From Veleropilina oligotropha (lineage: Eukaryota), in assembly GCA_048128005.1 (NCBI GenBank), contig JBEUKZ010000054.1:62001-126000 (forward strand): a stretch of DNA of 64,000 bases. The letters are read 5' to 3'. Of this stretch, positions 27,202-38,750 are shown piece by piece. The first letter of the stretch is position 1. Every line of letters begins with the position of its first letter. Under the pieces are notes generated by a model. That model was given only the letters and a program-made list of their open reading frames with translations. It did no database searches and was not told the DNA's origin. The translations under genes and the position numbers were made by a program.

Positions 27202-29248
27202 ATTATATATACTGGAAATAAAATATATTTCCTGTGAAGATGTAATGAAATCTTTAGATTCATTGAACTGTGCAAAATCAGCTGGCCTGGATGGCATTGG
27301 TCCAAAATTATTAAAGCTCTCATCAAGCATTGTGTCCAAGCCACTTGCTTACATATTTAATCTAAGTTTAAGTAAGGGTATTTTTCCAAATAAACTAAAG
27401 CAAGCACGAATAATTCCTATTCACAAAAAAGGAAGCAAAACTAAAGCTGAAAATTATAGGCCAATTTCCATCTTACCCACTATCTCAAAAGTAATTGAAA
27501 GGCATGTTACTAATCAATTAAGCGACTATTTAAATGATCATTCACTTTTACATGATTGCCAATCAGGATTCAGAAGAAAGCATTCCTGCCAGACTGCTTT
27601 AACCAAAATGACTGATGAATGGTTGTCAAACATGGATAACGGTGACATCACTGGTGTTATGCTGGTGGATTTACGAAAGGCATTTGATCTGGTTGATCAT
27701 GATATTTTACTTCAGAAGTTATCACTTTATCAGATCAGTCCTCATTATTTATCATGGTTTAAATCATATCTATTCGACAGGACACAAAAAGTATGTATTG
27801 GCAATGCGCATTCCCAAACTACAACAATGGAGTCCGGCGTTCCCCAAGGCTCCATCCTTGGACCTATATTATTTTTACTTTTTATAAATGATCTACCATT
27901 AAATGTAAATAATTGTAAAGTAGAACTGTTGGCTGACGACACCACAATTCATTCTTCAGGTTCAGATATCAAGATAATAACAGAAAATATTAAAGCTGAT
28001 CTTGAAAATATCGATATGTGGTGTCACGACAATGGCATGGCAATTAATATAGACAAAACTAAATCATTATTGATTGGCAGTCGACAAAAGTTAAGTCATT
28101 GTGATATGGAAATCTTGTTAAATAATGAAGTTATTAAATGTTCTACTAATGAAAAATTACTAGGCGTTCACATTGATAAAAATTTAACATGGAACGCACA
28201 TATTGACCATACTTGCTCTTTGGTGTCATCAAGAATCGCTCTTTTGCGTAGGATTAAAAAGTACCTACCTGCAGAAAGTCGCAAACTTTTTTATAATTGT
28301 TATATTCAATCTATTATGGAGTACTGCTGTACAGTCTGGGGCAACTGCTCTTTAACTTGTTGCAGACGTATCGAACGACTCCAAAAACAGGCCGCCAGGG
28401 TTATTTTAGATGCTAGCTTCGATGAGCCAAGTGCCTCTATGTTTAAATCATTAAATTGGTTACCTTTTTCTGATCGTATCAAGCTGCACACTAGTACTCT
28501 AATGTATAAATGTATGAATAATCTTGGCCCTGATTATCTGTCAAACAAATTCCGTTTTGTGGAAGAGATGTCTACTAAATACTTGAGATCCTCAACATAC
28601 AAAACGTTATATGTTGAAAAACCTAAGACCGAATCATTAAGAAGGACATTTTGCTATCGAGGAGCTCAGCTTTGGAATACTCTTCCCCCATTAGTTAAAG
28701 ATGTCACTTCTGTAAATAAATTTAAAGATAATATGAAAAACGTTTTACACCATAATGAAAATGAAAATATCCCTCGCCCCTGATATAGATTTTCCAAATA
28801 TGTAAAACTATGTGTTGCCTATTTTAACATACCTGATTGCACCTCGGTGCATATTTCCTTTTAATTATTTTTATTTTTATTTTTAGTTGTGCCATTTACT
28901 TTACATTATTCCAGTGTTCTAGTATTTAGTTATGTTGTAGGTTATTTTACTTATACATAATTACACTATTTCCTTATAATGTGCAAATTTCTTGTGTATT
29001 GCATATTGCCTGTTAATTATTGTCTTGCCTAATTTACATTGTACCTGTATTATAGTATTTAGCTAATATACGTTAGTTTACTTGTACATGTACTACATAA
29101 TAGCATTACTTATTATGTTTATTGTTTATCATAGTCATTATATTAATCTCGTATAGTAGTTAGTGAGGGACTCAGGGAAGATTGGCATTGTTGCTAACTG
29201 TACTCGCTCATTAAATAAAGCATTTATTATTATTATTATTATTATTAC
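27202..29248 (+). mobile_element. 5'-truncated LINE (CR1/L2-group), 2047 bp, inserted in the satellite
   Basis: RT ORF, AT-rich 3'UTR and AATAAAG..(TAT)n tail. The empty site is present in the paralogous satellite block at ~19461-19490. Confidence 0.95.
27203..28783 (+). CDS. Reverse transcriptase (LINE ORF2, N-terminally truncated, no endonuclease)
   Basis: Motifs KSAGLDGI, NYRPISILP, QSGFR, DLRKAFDLVDH, GVPQGSILGP, LADD, LLGVHID. The frame is uninterrupted. The ORF-track start at 27176 lies in satellite sequence. Confidence 0.9.
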   Translation, partial: LYILEIKYISCEDVMKSLDSLNCAKSAGLDGIGPKLLKLSSSIVSKPLAYIFNLSLSKGIFPNKLKQARIIPIHKKGSKTKAENYRPISILPTISKVIERHVTNQLSDYLNDHSLLHDCQSGFRRKHSCQTALTKMTDEWLSNMDNGDITGVMLVDLRKAFDLVDHDILLQKLSLYQISPHYLSWFKSYLFDRTQKVCIGNAHSQTTTMESGVPQGSILGPILFLLFINDLPLNVNNCKVELLADDTTIHSSGSDIKIITENIKADLENIDMWCHDNGMAINIDKTKSLLIGSRQKLSHCDMEILLNNEVIKCSTNEKLLGVHIDKNLTWNAHIDHTCSLVSSRIALLRRIKKYLPAESRKLFYNCYIQSIMEYCCTVWGNCSLTCCRRIERLQKQAARVILDASFDEPSASMFKSLNWLPFSDRIKLHTSTLMYKCMNNLGPDYLSNKFRFVEEMSTKYLRSSTYKTLYVEKPKTESLRRTFCYRGAQLWNTLPPLVKDVTSVNKFKDNMKNVLHHNENENIPRP

Positions 29249-32200
29249 AGTTATCCTCTGGTTATGTACCTGTGAGGTGTGGGCACGGGAGTATTATAGT
29301 TATCCTCTGGTTATGTACCTGTGAGGTCGGGGCACGGGAGTATTATAATTATCTCTGATTATGTACATGTGAGGTGGCGGCATGCCAGTATTAAAGTTAT
29401 CCCTGATTATGTACCTGTGAGGTGTGAGCACGGGGGTATTATAGTTATCCCTGATTATGTACCTGTGAGGTGTGAGCACGGTAGTATTATAGTCATCCCT
29501 GATTATGTACCTGTGAGGTGTGGGCACTGGAGTATTATAGTTATCCTCTGATTATGTACCCGTGAGGTGTGGGCACGGTATTATTATAGTTATCCCTGAT
29601 TATGTACCTGTGAGGTGGGGGAACGTCAGTATTATAGTTATCCCTGATTATGTACCTGTGAGGTGTGAGCACGTGAGTATTATAGTTATCCTCTGATTGT
29701 GTACCTGTGAGGTGGGGGCACGGGAGTATTATAGTTATCCTCTGATTATGTACCTGTGAGGTGGGGGCACGGGAGTATTATAGTTATCCCTGATTGGGTA
29801 CCTGTGAGGTGTGGGCACGGGAGTATTATAGTTATCTCTGATTATGTACCTGTGAGGTGGGGGCACGGGAGTATTATAGTTATCCTCTGATTATGTACCT
29901 GTGAGGTGGGGGCACGGGAGTATTATAGTTATCCTCTGATTATGTACCTGTGAGGTGGGGGCACGGGAGTATTATAGTTATCCTCTGATTATGTACCTGT
30001 GAGGTGGGGGCACGGGAGTATTATAGTTATCTCTGATTATGTACCTGTGAGGTGGGGGCACGGGAGTATTATAGTTATCCCTGATTATGTACCTGTGAGG
30101 TGGGGGCACGGGAGTATTATAGTTATCCTCTGATTATGTACCTGTGAGTGGTGGGCATTGGAGTATTATAGTTATCTCTGATTATGTACCTGTGAGGTGG
30201 GGGCACGGGAGTATTATAGTTATCCCTGATTATGTACCTGTGAGGTGGGGGCACGTGAGTATTATAGTTATCCTCTGTGTACCTGTGAGGTGGGGGCACG
30301 GGAGTATTATAGTTATCCTCTGATTATGTACCTGTGAGGTGGGGGCACGGGAGTATTATAGTTATCCCTGATTGTGTACCTGTGAGGTGTGGGCACGGGA
30401 GTATTATAGTTATCTCTGATTATGTACCTGTGAGGTGGGGGCACGGGAGTATTATAGTTATCCCTGATTATGTACCTGTGAGTGGTGGGCACGGGAGTAT
30501 TATAGTTATCCCTGATTATGTACCTGTGAGTGGTGGGCACGGGAGTATTATAGTTATCTCTGATTATGTACCTGTGAGGTGGGGGCACGGGAGTATTATA
30601 GTTATCCTCTGATTATGTACCTGTGAGTGGTGGGCACGGGAGTATTATAGTTATCTCTGATTATGTACCCGTGAGGTGGGGGCACGGCAGTATTATAGTT
30701 ATCCCTGATTATGTACCTGTGAGGTGGGGGCACGTCAGTATTATAGTTATCCCTGATTATGTACCTGTGAGTGGTGGGCGCGGGAGTATTATAATTATCC
30801 TCTGATAATGTACCTATGAGGTGGGGGCACGTGAGTATTATAGTTATCCTCTGATTGTGTACCTGTGAGGTGGGGGCACGGCAGTATTATAGTTATCCTC
30901 TGATTATGTACCTGTGAGGTGTGGGCACGGGAGTATTATAATTATCCTCTGATAATGTACCTATGAGGTGGGGGCACGTGAGTATTATAGTTATCCTCTG
31001 ATTGTGTACCTGTGAGGTGGGGGCACGGGAGTATTATAGTTATCCTCTGATTATGTACCTGTGAGGTGGGGGCACATGAGTATTATAGTTATCCCTGATT
31101 GTGTACCTGTGAGGTGGGGGGCACGGGAGTATTATAGTTATCCTCTGATTATGTACCTGTGAAGTGGGGGCACGGGAGTATTATAGTTATCCGTGATTAT
31201 GTACCTGTGAGGTGGGGGCACGGGAGTATTATAGTTATCCCTGATTATGTACCTGTGAGGTGGGGGCACGGCGGTATTATTATAGTTATCATCTGATTAT
31301 GTACCAGTGACGTGGGGGCACGGGAGTATTATAGTTATCCCTGATTATGTACCTGTGAGGTGGGGGCACGGGAGTATTATAGTTATCCCTGATTATGTAC
31401 CTGTGAGGTGGGGGCACGGGAGTATTAGAGTTTTCCCTGATTATGTACCTGTGAGGTGTGGACACGGGAGTATTATTGTTATCATCTTATGTACCTGTGA
31501 GGTGGGGGCACGGGAGTATTATAGTTATCCCTGATTATGTACCTGTGAGTGGTGGGCGCGGGAGTATTATAGTTATCCTCTGATTATGGACCTGTGAGGT
31601 GTGGGCACGGGAGTATTATAGTTATCCCTGATTATGTACCTGTGAGTGGTGGGGCACGGGAGTATTATAGTTATCCTCTGATTATGTACCTGTGAGTTGG
31701 GGGCACGGGAGTATTATAGTTATCCCACATTACGTACCTGTGAGGTGGGGGCGCAGGAGTATTATAGTTATCCTCTGATTATATACCTGTGAGGTGGGGG
31801 CACGGGAGTATTATAGTTATCCCTGATTATGTACCTGTGAGGTGGGGGCAAGCGGGTATTATAGTTATCCTCTGATTATGTACCTGTGAGGTGGGGGCAC
31901 GGGAGTATTATAGTTATCCCTGATTATGTGTCTGCGAGATGGGGGCACGGGGGTATTATAGTTATTCCGGATTATGTACCTGTGAGGTGGGGGCACGGGA
32001 GTATTATAGTTATCCTCTGATTATGTACCTGTGAGGTGGGGGCACGTCAGTATTATAGTTATCCCTGAATATATACCTGTGAGGTGGGGGCAAGCGGGTA
32101 TTATAGTTATCCTCTGATTATGTACCTGTGAGGTGGGGGCACGGGAGTATTATAGTTATCCCTGATTATGTGTCGGCGAGATGGGGGCACGGGGGTATTA

Positions 32201-32960
32201 TAGTTATTCCTGATTATGTACCTGTGAGGTGGGGGCACGGGAGTATTATAGTTATCCTCTGATTATGTACCTGTGAGGTGGGGGCACGGCAGTATTATAG
32301 TTATCCTCTGATTATGTACCTGTGAGGTGTGGGCACGGGAGTATTATAGTTATCCCACATTACGTACCTGTGAGGTGGGGGCGCAGGAGTATTATAGTTA
32401 TCCCTGATTATGTACCTTTGAGATGGGGGCACGGGGGTATTATAGTTATCCTCTGATTATGTTCCTGTGAGGTGTGGCACGGGAGTATTATATTATGTGC
32501 CGTCGGGGGTATTATAGTTATCCTCTGATTATGTTCCTGTGAGGTGTGGCACGGGAGTATTATATTATGTGCCGTCGGGGGTATTATAGTTATCCTCTGA
32601 TTATGTACCTGTGAGGTGGGGGTATTATAGTTATCCCTGACCATGTACCTGTGAGGTGGGGGCACGGGAGTATTATAGTTATCCTCTGATTATGTACCTG
32701 TGAGGTGGGGGGTATTATAGTTATCCCTGACCATGTACCTGTGAGGTGGGGGCACGGGAGTATTATAGTTATCCTCTGATTATGTACTTGTGAGGTGGGG
32801 GCACGGCAGTATTATAGTTATCCTCTGATTATGTACATGTGACGCGGGGGGTATTATAGTTATCCCTGACCATGTACCTGTGAGGTGGGGGCACGGGAGT
32901 ATTATAGTTATCTCTGATATATTGGAAATATTTTGAATATACTTCGGACAACTGTGAGCA

Positions 32961-33170
32961 GTGTTATTCGAAAAGTTCGATCAACGAGTTCAGTTCAAAA
33001 TAAGCCAAGATGAAAGAATAAAAAAATTACTGGATTTTCGTGATAAGAACAAATTGCTTAGAATCGTCAGAAAAAACCCACAAAAGTTTTTGAGGGACAT
33101 TTCATGTGAATTTCATTCAGGCAAAGATAAGCAAGTGTCTGAGAAAACTATTAATATTTCATTCAAAACG
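32961..33170 (+). pseudogene. Tc1/mariner transposase N-terminal (HTH) fragment
   Basis: KKLLDFRDKNKLLRIVRKNPQKFLRDISCEF..KQVSEKTI resembles the Tc1 second HTH region. No DDE domain or TIRs were seen. Confidence 0.45.
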
Positions 33171-33256
33171 CCAATCTTCAAAATATTAGTCGAGTATTAA
33201 AATAAATGTCGCCATTTTGTTTTGGACGAATGTCATTGGCACGGGACTGTACGTAC

Positions 33257-33421
33257 CTCTATCGCCGGTGAATCCGTCCACAGTCATCTTATATTTGGCA
33301 GCAGCGGTATCTACGTGAAACTGGCTGTACACGGCGTAGCCTGTATTGCCATGAAAGTCCCGCATGTCGATACGTAATTTTTGTCGCGTGCTATTGGTGA
33401 ATATGTGAAGGTTATCGTTTC
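33257..33421 (-). CDS. FReD protein exon 5
   Basis: gttgcag|GA..G|gtacgt, 165 nt, phase 1-1. GNDNLHIFTNSTRQKLRIDMRDFHGNTGYAVYSQFHVDTAAAKYKMTVDGFTGDRG. Not present in the ORF track. Confidence 0.93.
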
Positions 33422-33584
33422 CTGCAACAGAGAATTTCTGCCGAAGTGATTTTAAAACTTAAAATTACTGATCGGTTTGCATGAGAAATGATATGCTGAT
33501 ACAACTGGTAAAAGAGTTGACGATATATATTGATGTGCGTATCTTTTATACAGGATTAGTCCTACATTGCGTCTTCTTGACGCT

Positions 33585-33805
33585 TACTGTGTCGCGTGGT
33601 CTCGAGTGCCGAATCTGGTTTGATTGCGCTAACTAACACGAGTGGGTTCGAATGCGCTAACTAACATGAGTGGGTTCGAATCTCGATTGTGGCATTAACA
33701 TCCTTTTTTCATTTATCATTCGCAGTTGTCCATTACTGTCCGGAGAGGGCGAGTTTCACCTGCCTTTCCTCCTGATGATTGTAAATGAACGATCCATCGA
33801 TCATG
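33585..33805 (+). mobile_element. SINE family B, degenerate copy with duplicated B-box segment
   Basis: TGCGCTAACTAACAYGAGTGGGTTCGAA occurs twice. CAGTTGTCC..TTTCCTCC is shared with 36128-36378. Confidence 0.6.
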
Positions 33806-34573
33806 AATCTTCATTTTTAATCCATTTTGACATAGTTTTCTTTTGTTATAACTGTTGATTATCCTGCACGAATCTACGGCTGAGATGGCTACTATGAGCC
33901 CTGATTAGTAGACCAATTTAGAAAGCGTTGCATGCATTCCGTACGGACGGTTCCATTCCAGAAAGTGACGAAGGAATGTTTAAGGCAGTATATAATCCAA
34001 ATTGTTCAGTTTCCAGGCGGACGATTCCATTCTAGAACACGTGGACGCTGAAAATAAAACAAAACAATTTTCAATAGAAAAGATAACAATTCTTTTATCG
34101 CGCAGCCAGCAATTTTGTACTTATAACATAGTTTAAGCACAGAAAAATCGTTCCCTAAATCAAAAAGGCAATACTCGCTAAACAATAAGAAGAACCTGAC
34201 AATACTTCGTATAATGTTACTGTTTATATGAAAGCTTTTCCGTTGGTATATTTTTAAGTTGTTTATAACCACATTGACGAATCCCGATAATTATTTAAAT
34301 ATTATATCACAAAAAGTCGTTAAAATACAATGTATATTTGAAATATTATATACATTACCTGGTGCAGTCGAGAGACGTAAATCCCATGTGCTCTGTTCAA
34401 AGGCCTGATACCAACTGATGCTTGCGTTGCAAAATGCATGCCGGTATAATCTTCTATTCATAAAGAAGGAAAATGGATTCGTCCCCGTGTTAACCAATTA
34501 GCGAAACAATACTGACACAGCAGTAGATTCGTGTGGAATAATCGACAGTTTAAACCAAAGAAAAATGGATTAA

Positions 34574-34682
34574 GTCAGAGAATATATTCGTAACAGTAGA
34601 TTCTTTTATTTAATTGTCCTCGGCTTCGCCTTGGACAAAATTAAATAAAAGAATCTACTGTTACTCATACATTCTCCTTGAC
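34574..34682 (-). repeat. Long inverted repeat (hairpin), minus-strand apex GTCC-AA-GGC-GAA-GCC-GA-GGAC
   Basis: GTAACAGTAGATTCTTTTATTTAATT (from 34590) pairs with AATTAAATAAAAGAATCTACTGTTAC (to 34664). Looser pairing extends to 34574/34682. Confidence 0.9.
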
Positions 34683-34866
34683 ATAACAAATCAACTTTTT
34701 GGGCCTTGCAATGCGTCGGTGTGAACTGCGTCCCTAGTATGTTACCTGATAAGCCAATACTATGTTATGTCATATAAATTTACTGTTTGTTGAAACATGA
34801 ATCGTTATTTAACGGAAGTAAATATTATAAAGTTCGTAAATTCAGATACGAAAGGTAAACTCATAC

Positions 34867-34963
34867 CTAGCCAAAAACTTGTTAGTTGGTTGCCAAATCC
34901 TAAGGCATACATATCCCAATCAACGTAAAAATTCACAGATGAACTCTCCCGACGCTGAAACAC
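34867..34963 (-). CDS. FReD protein exon 4
   Basis: aaatag|GTG..G|gtatga, 97 nt, phase 0-1. [33 protein letters not shown]. Confidence 0.93.
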
Positions 34964-35049
34964 CTATTTAAGGAAAGGAGATTTACTGTCGTGACAAAAT
35001 AAGCCTACACAACATTGATTCCACTTACATAATTATACTTTTTGAAGTG

Positions 35050-35260
35050 ATGACCGGTCTAATGGTTTGACTATTCCGACTAACAGGAGTGCGTTCGAAT
35101 CTCGGTTGGGGCAATAGCATTTTAGTTCAGATACCAATCAGAGTTAGCCGGATAGGGCGGGTTTCTCGGGTCGCCCGGGCTTTCTTCCCACGATAATATG
35201 GACATGTTCTGCTTTGAACCATAATATTGTAAATCTATATGATATTAAGCATCGATCTAA
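35050..35260 (+). mobile_element. SINE family B (V-domain-like)
   Basis: B-box GTTCGAATC, core GGGTTTCTCGGGTCGCCCGGGCTTTCTTCCCAC, and 3' TTGTAAAT..ATTAAGCATCGATC. Confidence 0.7.
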
Positions 35261-35494
35261 TAATCTAATAAAAATATGAGTATCCCTTCCAACATTGCAA
35301 TAGAATGGTAGACAGCCGAGCTCTGACACCCTCCCAATATTCCATTACATGGGTAGATACCCAAACTCAGCAGCCACCCAATATACGCACCCGAGCTCAT
35401 CATCTACCCTCTCAGAATTGCTTCCCACCACCAGACGCCCTCGCTCACCAAACACCCTTTCAATATTGGCTCCGCCACCAGATGCCATATTCCA

Positions 35495-37180
35495 CCCAGT
35501 ATTGCCCTCCCTCACCAGACAGTCTCCCAGTATTGCCCTCCCTCACCAGACAGTCTCCCAGTATTGCCCTCCCTCATCAGACAGCCTCCCAGTATTGCCC
35601 TCCCTCACCAGACATCCTCCCAGTATTGCCCTCCCTCATCAGACAGCCTCCCAGTATTGCCCTCCCTCACCAGACATCCTCCCAGTATTGCCCTCCCTCA
35701 TCAGACAGCCTCCCAGTATTGCCCTCCCTCACCAGACATCCTCCCAGTATTGCCCTCCCTCACCATCTTCCCAGTATTGCCCTCCCTCATCAGACAGCCT
35801 CCCAGTATTGCCCTCCCTCACCAGACATCCTCCCAGTATTGCCCTCCCTCACCAGACATCCTCCCAGTATTGCCCTCCCTCATCAGACAGCCTCCCAGTA
35901 TTACCCTCCCTCACCAGACATCCTCCAAGTATTACCCTCCCCCACCAGACAGTCTCCCGGTATTACCCTCCCCCACCAGACAGCCTCCCACAAATGCCCT
36001 CCCTCATCAGACATCCACCCAGTATTGCCCTCCCTCATCAGACAGCCTCCCAGTATTACCCTCCCTCACCAGACAGCTTCAGTATTGCCCTCTCCACCAA
36101 ACAGCCTCCCAGTATTGCCCTCCCTCGCTTCGGCAGCGCAGTGGGTAAGAGTGTCCACCCTAAATTCACTGGCTTGATTCTGCTAATGCGAACAGTAGTG
36201 GGTTCAATACCTGGCTGAGGCATTGACATTTGTTCAAGTTATGAATCACAGTTGTCCGCGACTGGCCGAAGAAGGTGGGTTTACCCGGGCGACCAGGGTT
36301 TCCTCCCGCGATAACACGGACATGCCCTGCATTGAACCTCGATGTTGTAAATATACAGGACATTAAGCATCATTCCTTCCTCCCAGTATTGCCCTCTCTC
36401 ACCTGACAACCTCACCCATTTTGCCCTCCCTCACCAGACAGCCTCCTAGTATTTCCCTCTCCCACCAGACAACCCCCCCCCCCCCATTTTGCCCTCCCTC
36501 ACCAAGCAGCCTCCCAGTATTGCCCTCCCTCACCAGACAGCCTCCCAGTATTGACCTCCCTCACCAGACAGCCTCTCAGTATTACCCTCCCTCACCAGAC
36601 AGCCTCCCAGTATTGCCCTCCCCCACCAGACAGCCTCCCACAAATGCCCTACCTCACCAGACAGCCTCCCAGTATTGCCCTCCCTCACCAGACAGCCTCT
36701 CAGTATTGCCCTCCCTCACCAGACAGCCTCTCAGTATTGCCCTCCCCCACCAGTCAGCCTCCCAGTATTACCCTCCCCCACCAGACAGCCTCCCACAAAT
36801 GCCCTACCTCACCAGACAGCCTCCCAGTATTGCCCTCCCCCACCAGACAGCCTCCCAGTATTGCCCTACCTCACCAGACAGCCTCCCAGTATTGCCCTCT
36901 CTCACCAGACAGCCTCTCAGTATTGCCCTCCCTTAACAGACAGCCTCCCAGTATTGCCATCCCTCACCAGACAGCCTCTCAGTATTGCCCGCCCTCACCA
37001 GACAGCCTCTCAGTATTTCTCTCCCTCACCATACAGCCTCCCCATTTTGCCCTCCTTCATCAGACAGCCTCCCAGTATTACCCTCCCTCACCATCACCCT
37101 CTCAGTATTGCTCTCCCTCACCAGACAGCCTCCCAGTATTGCCCTCCCACACCAGATAACCTCAGTATTGCCATCCCTCA
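35495..37180. repeat. 31-bp tandem repeat CCCTCCCTCACCAGACAGCCTCCCAGTATTG
   Basis: Direct reading. Interrupted by a SINE at 36128-36378. Confidence 0.95.
36128..36378 (+). mobile_element. SINE family B (V-domain-like), near full length, inside the minisatellite
   Basis: A-box CAGCGCAGTGGGTAAG, B-box GGGTTCAATACC, core GTGGGTTTACCCGGGCGACCAGGGTTTCCTCCCGC, and 3' GGACATTAAGCATC. Confidence 0.8.
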
Positions 37181-38750
37181 ACATCCACCCACCCCTCCCT
37201 CACCATCCTCCATCATCACCCGCCCCTCTCTCACCATCCACCCTCACCCGCCCCTCCCTCACCATCCTCCACCCTCCCCAGCCCCTCCCTCACCATCCTC
37301 CGGCCCTCCATCACCATCCTCCACCCGCCCCTACATCACCATCCTCCACCGTCACCCACACCACCCTCATCCGCCCCTCCCTCACCATCCTCAACCCGCA
37401 TCTTCACAACCATCCACCACCCTCACCCACCCCTTCCCTCACCCGCCCTCCCTCACCATTCTCCAACCTTACCCGCCCCTTCCCTCACCAACCTCAGCCA
37501 CCCCTCACTATCCTTCTTCCGCCCATCCCTCACCATCCTCTGCCCCTCCCTCCTCATCCTCCACCCTCCCCCCTTATCCTCCACCCTCCCCCCATTCACC
37601 ATCCTCCACCCGCCGCCTCCCTCGCCATCCTTCACCCTCCCTCACCATCCTCCACCATCACCCGCTCACTCCCTCATCATCATCCACTCTCACCCGCTCC
37701 ATTCCTCACCATCCTCCACCCTCACCCTCCCCCTTCCTCACCCGCCACCCCCTCACCATCCTCCACCCTCACCCGTCACCTTTCTCACCAGCCCTTCCTT
37801 CACCATCCTCCACCCGCCCCTTTCCTCACCATTCCCCTACCTCCCCGCCCCTCCATCACCATCCTCCACCCACCTGCCCCCACCCCACCCTCTCCCTTCC
37901 TCACCCACACACCCCCTTCACCATCCTCCACCCGCCCCTCCCACACCATCCGAAACCCTCCGCCCCTCCCTCACCATCCGAAACCCTCACCGCCCCTCCC
38001 TCACCACCACCCACCCTCACCCATCACCACCCTCACCGGCCCTTCCCTCACCATCCTCCACCCGCCCCCTTCCTCACCATCCTCCACTCTCTCCCGCCCC
38101 TCCCTCACCATCCTCCACCCTCACCCGTCACCTTTCTGAATGAATGAATGAATGAATGAATGAATGAATGAATTTATTTCACCATAGGCAGTATAATGTA
38201 CAAAAATTATATGATATAAAGTAAAGTAAATAGTATTGGTCACATAGTAATACGTTATATGCTATATATTGGTATATTATGAAGTCATGAAGCAAAGTGA
38301 AAATAGAACATAGTAATTTGAAGTAATAATATTAGCTTTATGAATAACATTGAATATAAAATTGTAAAACTTTAATACAATAATTGCAGTTATTAATTAA
38401 AAACAAAATAAAAACAAAACAAACATCGATATCACAAATGCAATCTAATGATTTAAGTATATATAACGTAAAACCTTTAAATATATTATTATTATTATGT
38501 TTCTATGGTAGGATGATCAAAGAAACCCTTGCGAGCTTATAAACATGATCACCCTAGGGAAAAGTTTCATGATTTTCAACTTATTTATTAAAGTGTTTGG
38601 ACCTAAATTGAGTGGGTGCCTGTGTGCCTGTGTGTGTGTGTGTCGTAGAGTCTATGTTCATAGTTAATTTGTGGAAAATTTAGAAAAGTAACTATAGATA
38701 TGTAACCTATAATGTAACCAATAGGCTGTTGATAACTTGGTAGTGTAAGA

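Larger units (their letters stand above)
12357..32918. repeat. 48/49-bp satellite array, ~18.5 kb net (~380 units), with higher-order duplications
   Basis: Unit GGAGTATTATAGTTATCC(C/TC)TGATTATGTACCTGTGAGGTG(T/G)GGGCACG. The ORF track shows 16-aa periodicity, and variant blocks recur at fixed offsets. Confidence 0.98.

Noticed and set aside
12487..32665. Many ORFs with RCGHGSIIVIPDYVPV or PPHRYIIRDNYNTPV repeats
   Set aside because: These are translations of a 48-bp unit, broken at random by 49-bp variants. No coding signal.
34670..34745. Possible FReD exon GNILGTQFTPTHCKAQKVDLLCQGE
   Set aside because: Only superficial similarity, it runs into the hairpin element, and a canonical exon 5 exists at 33257-33421.
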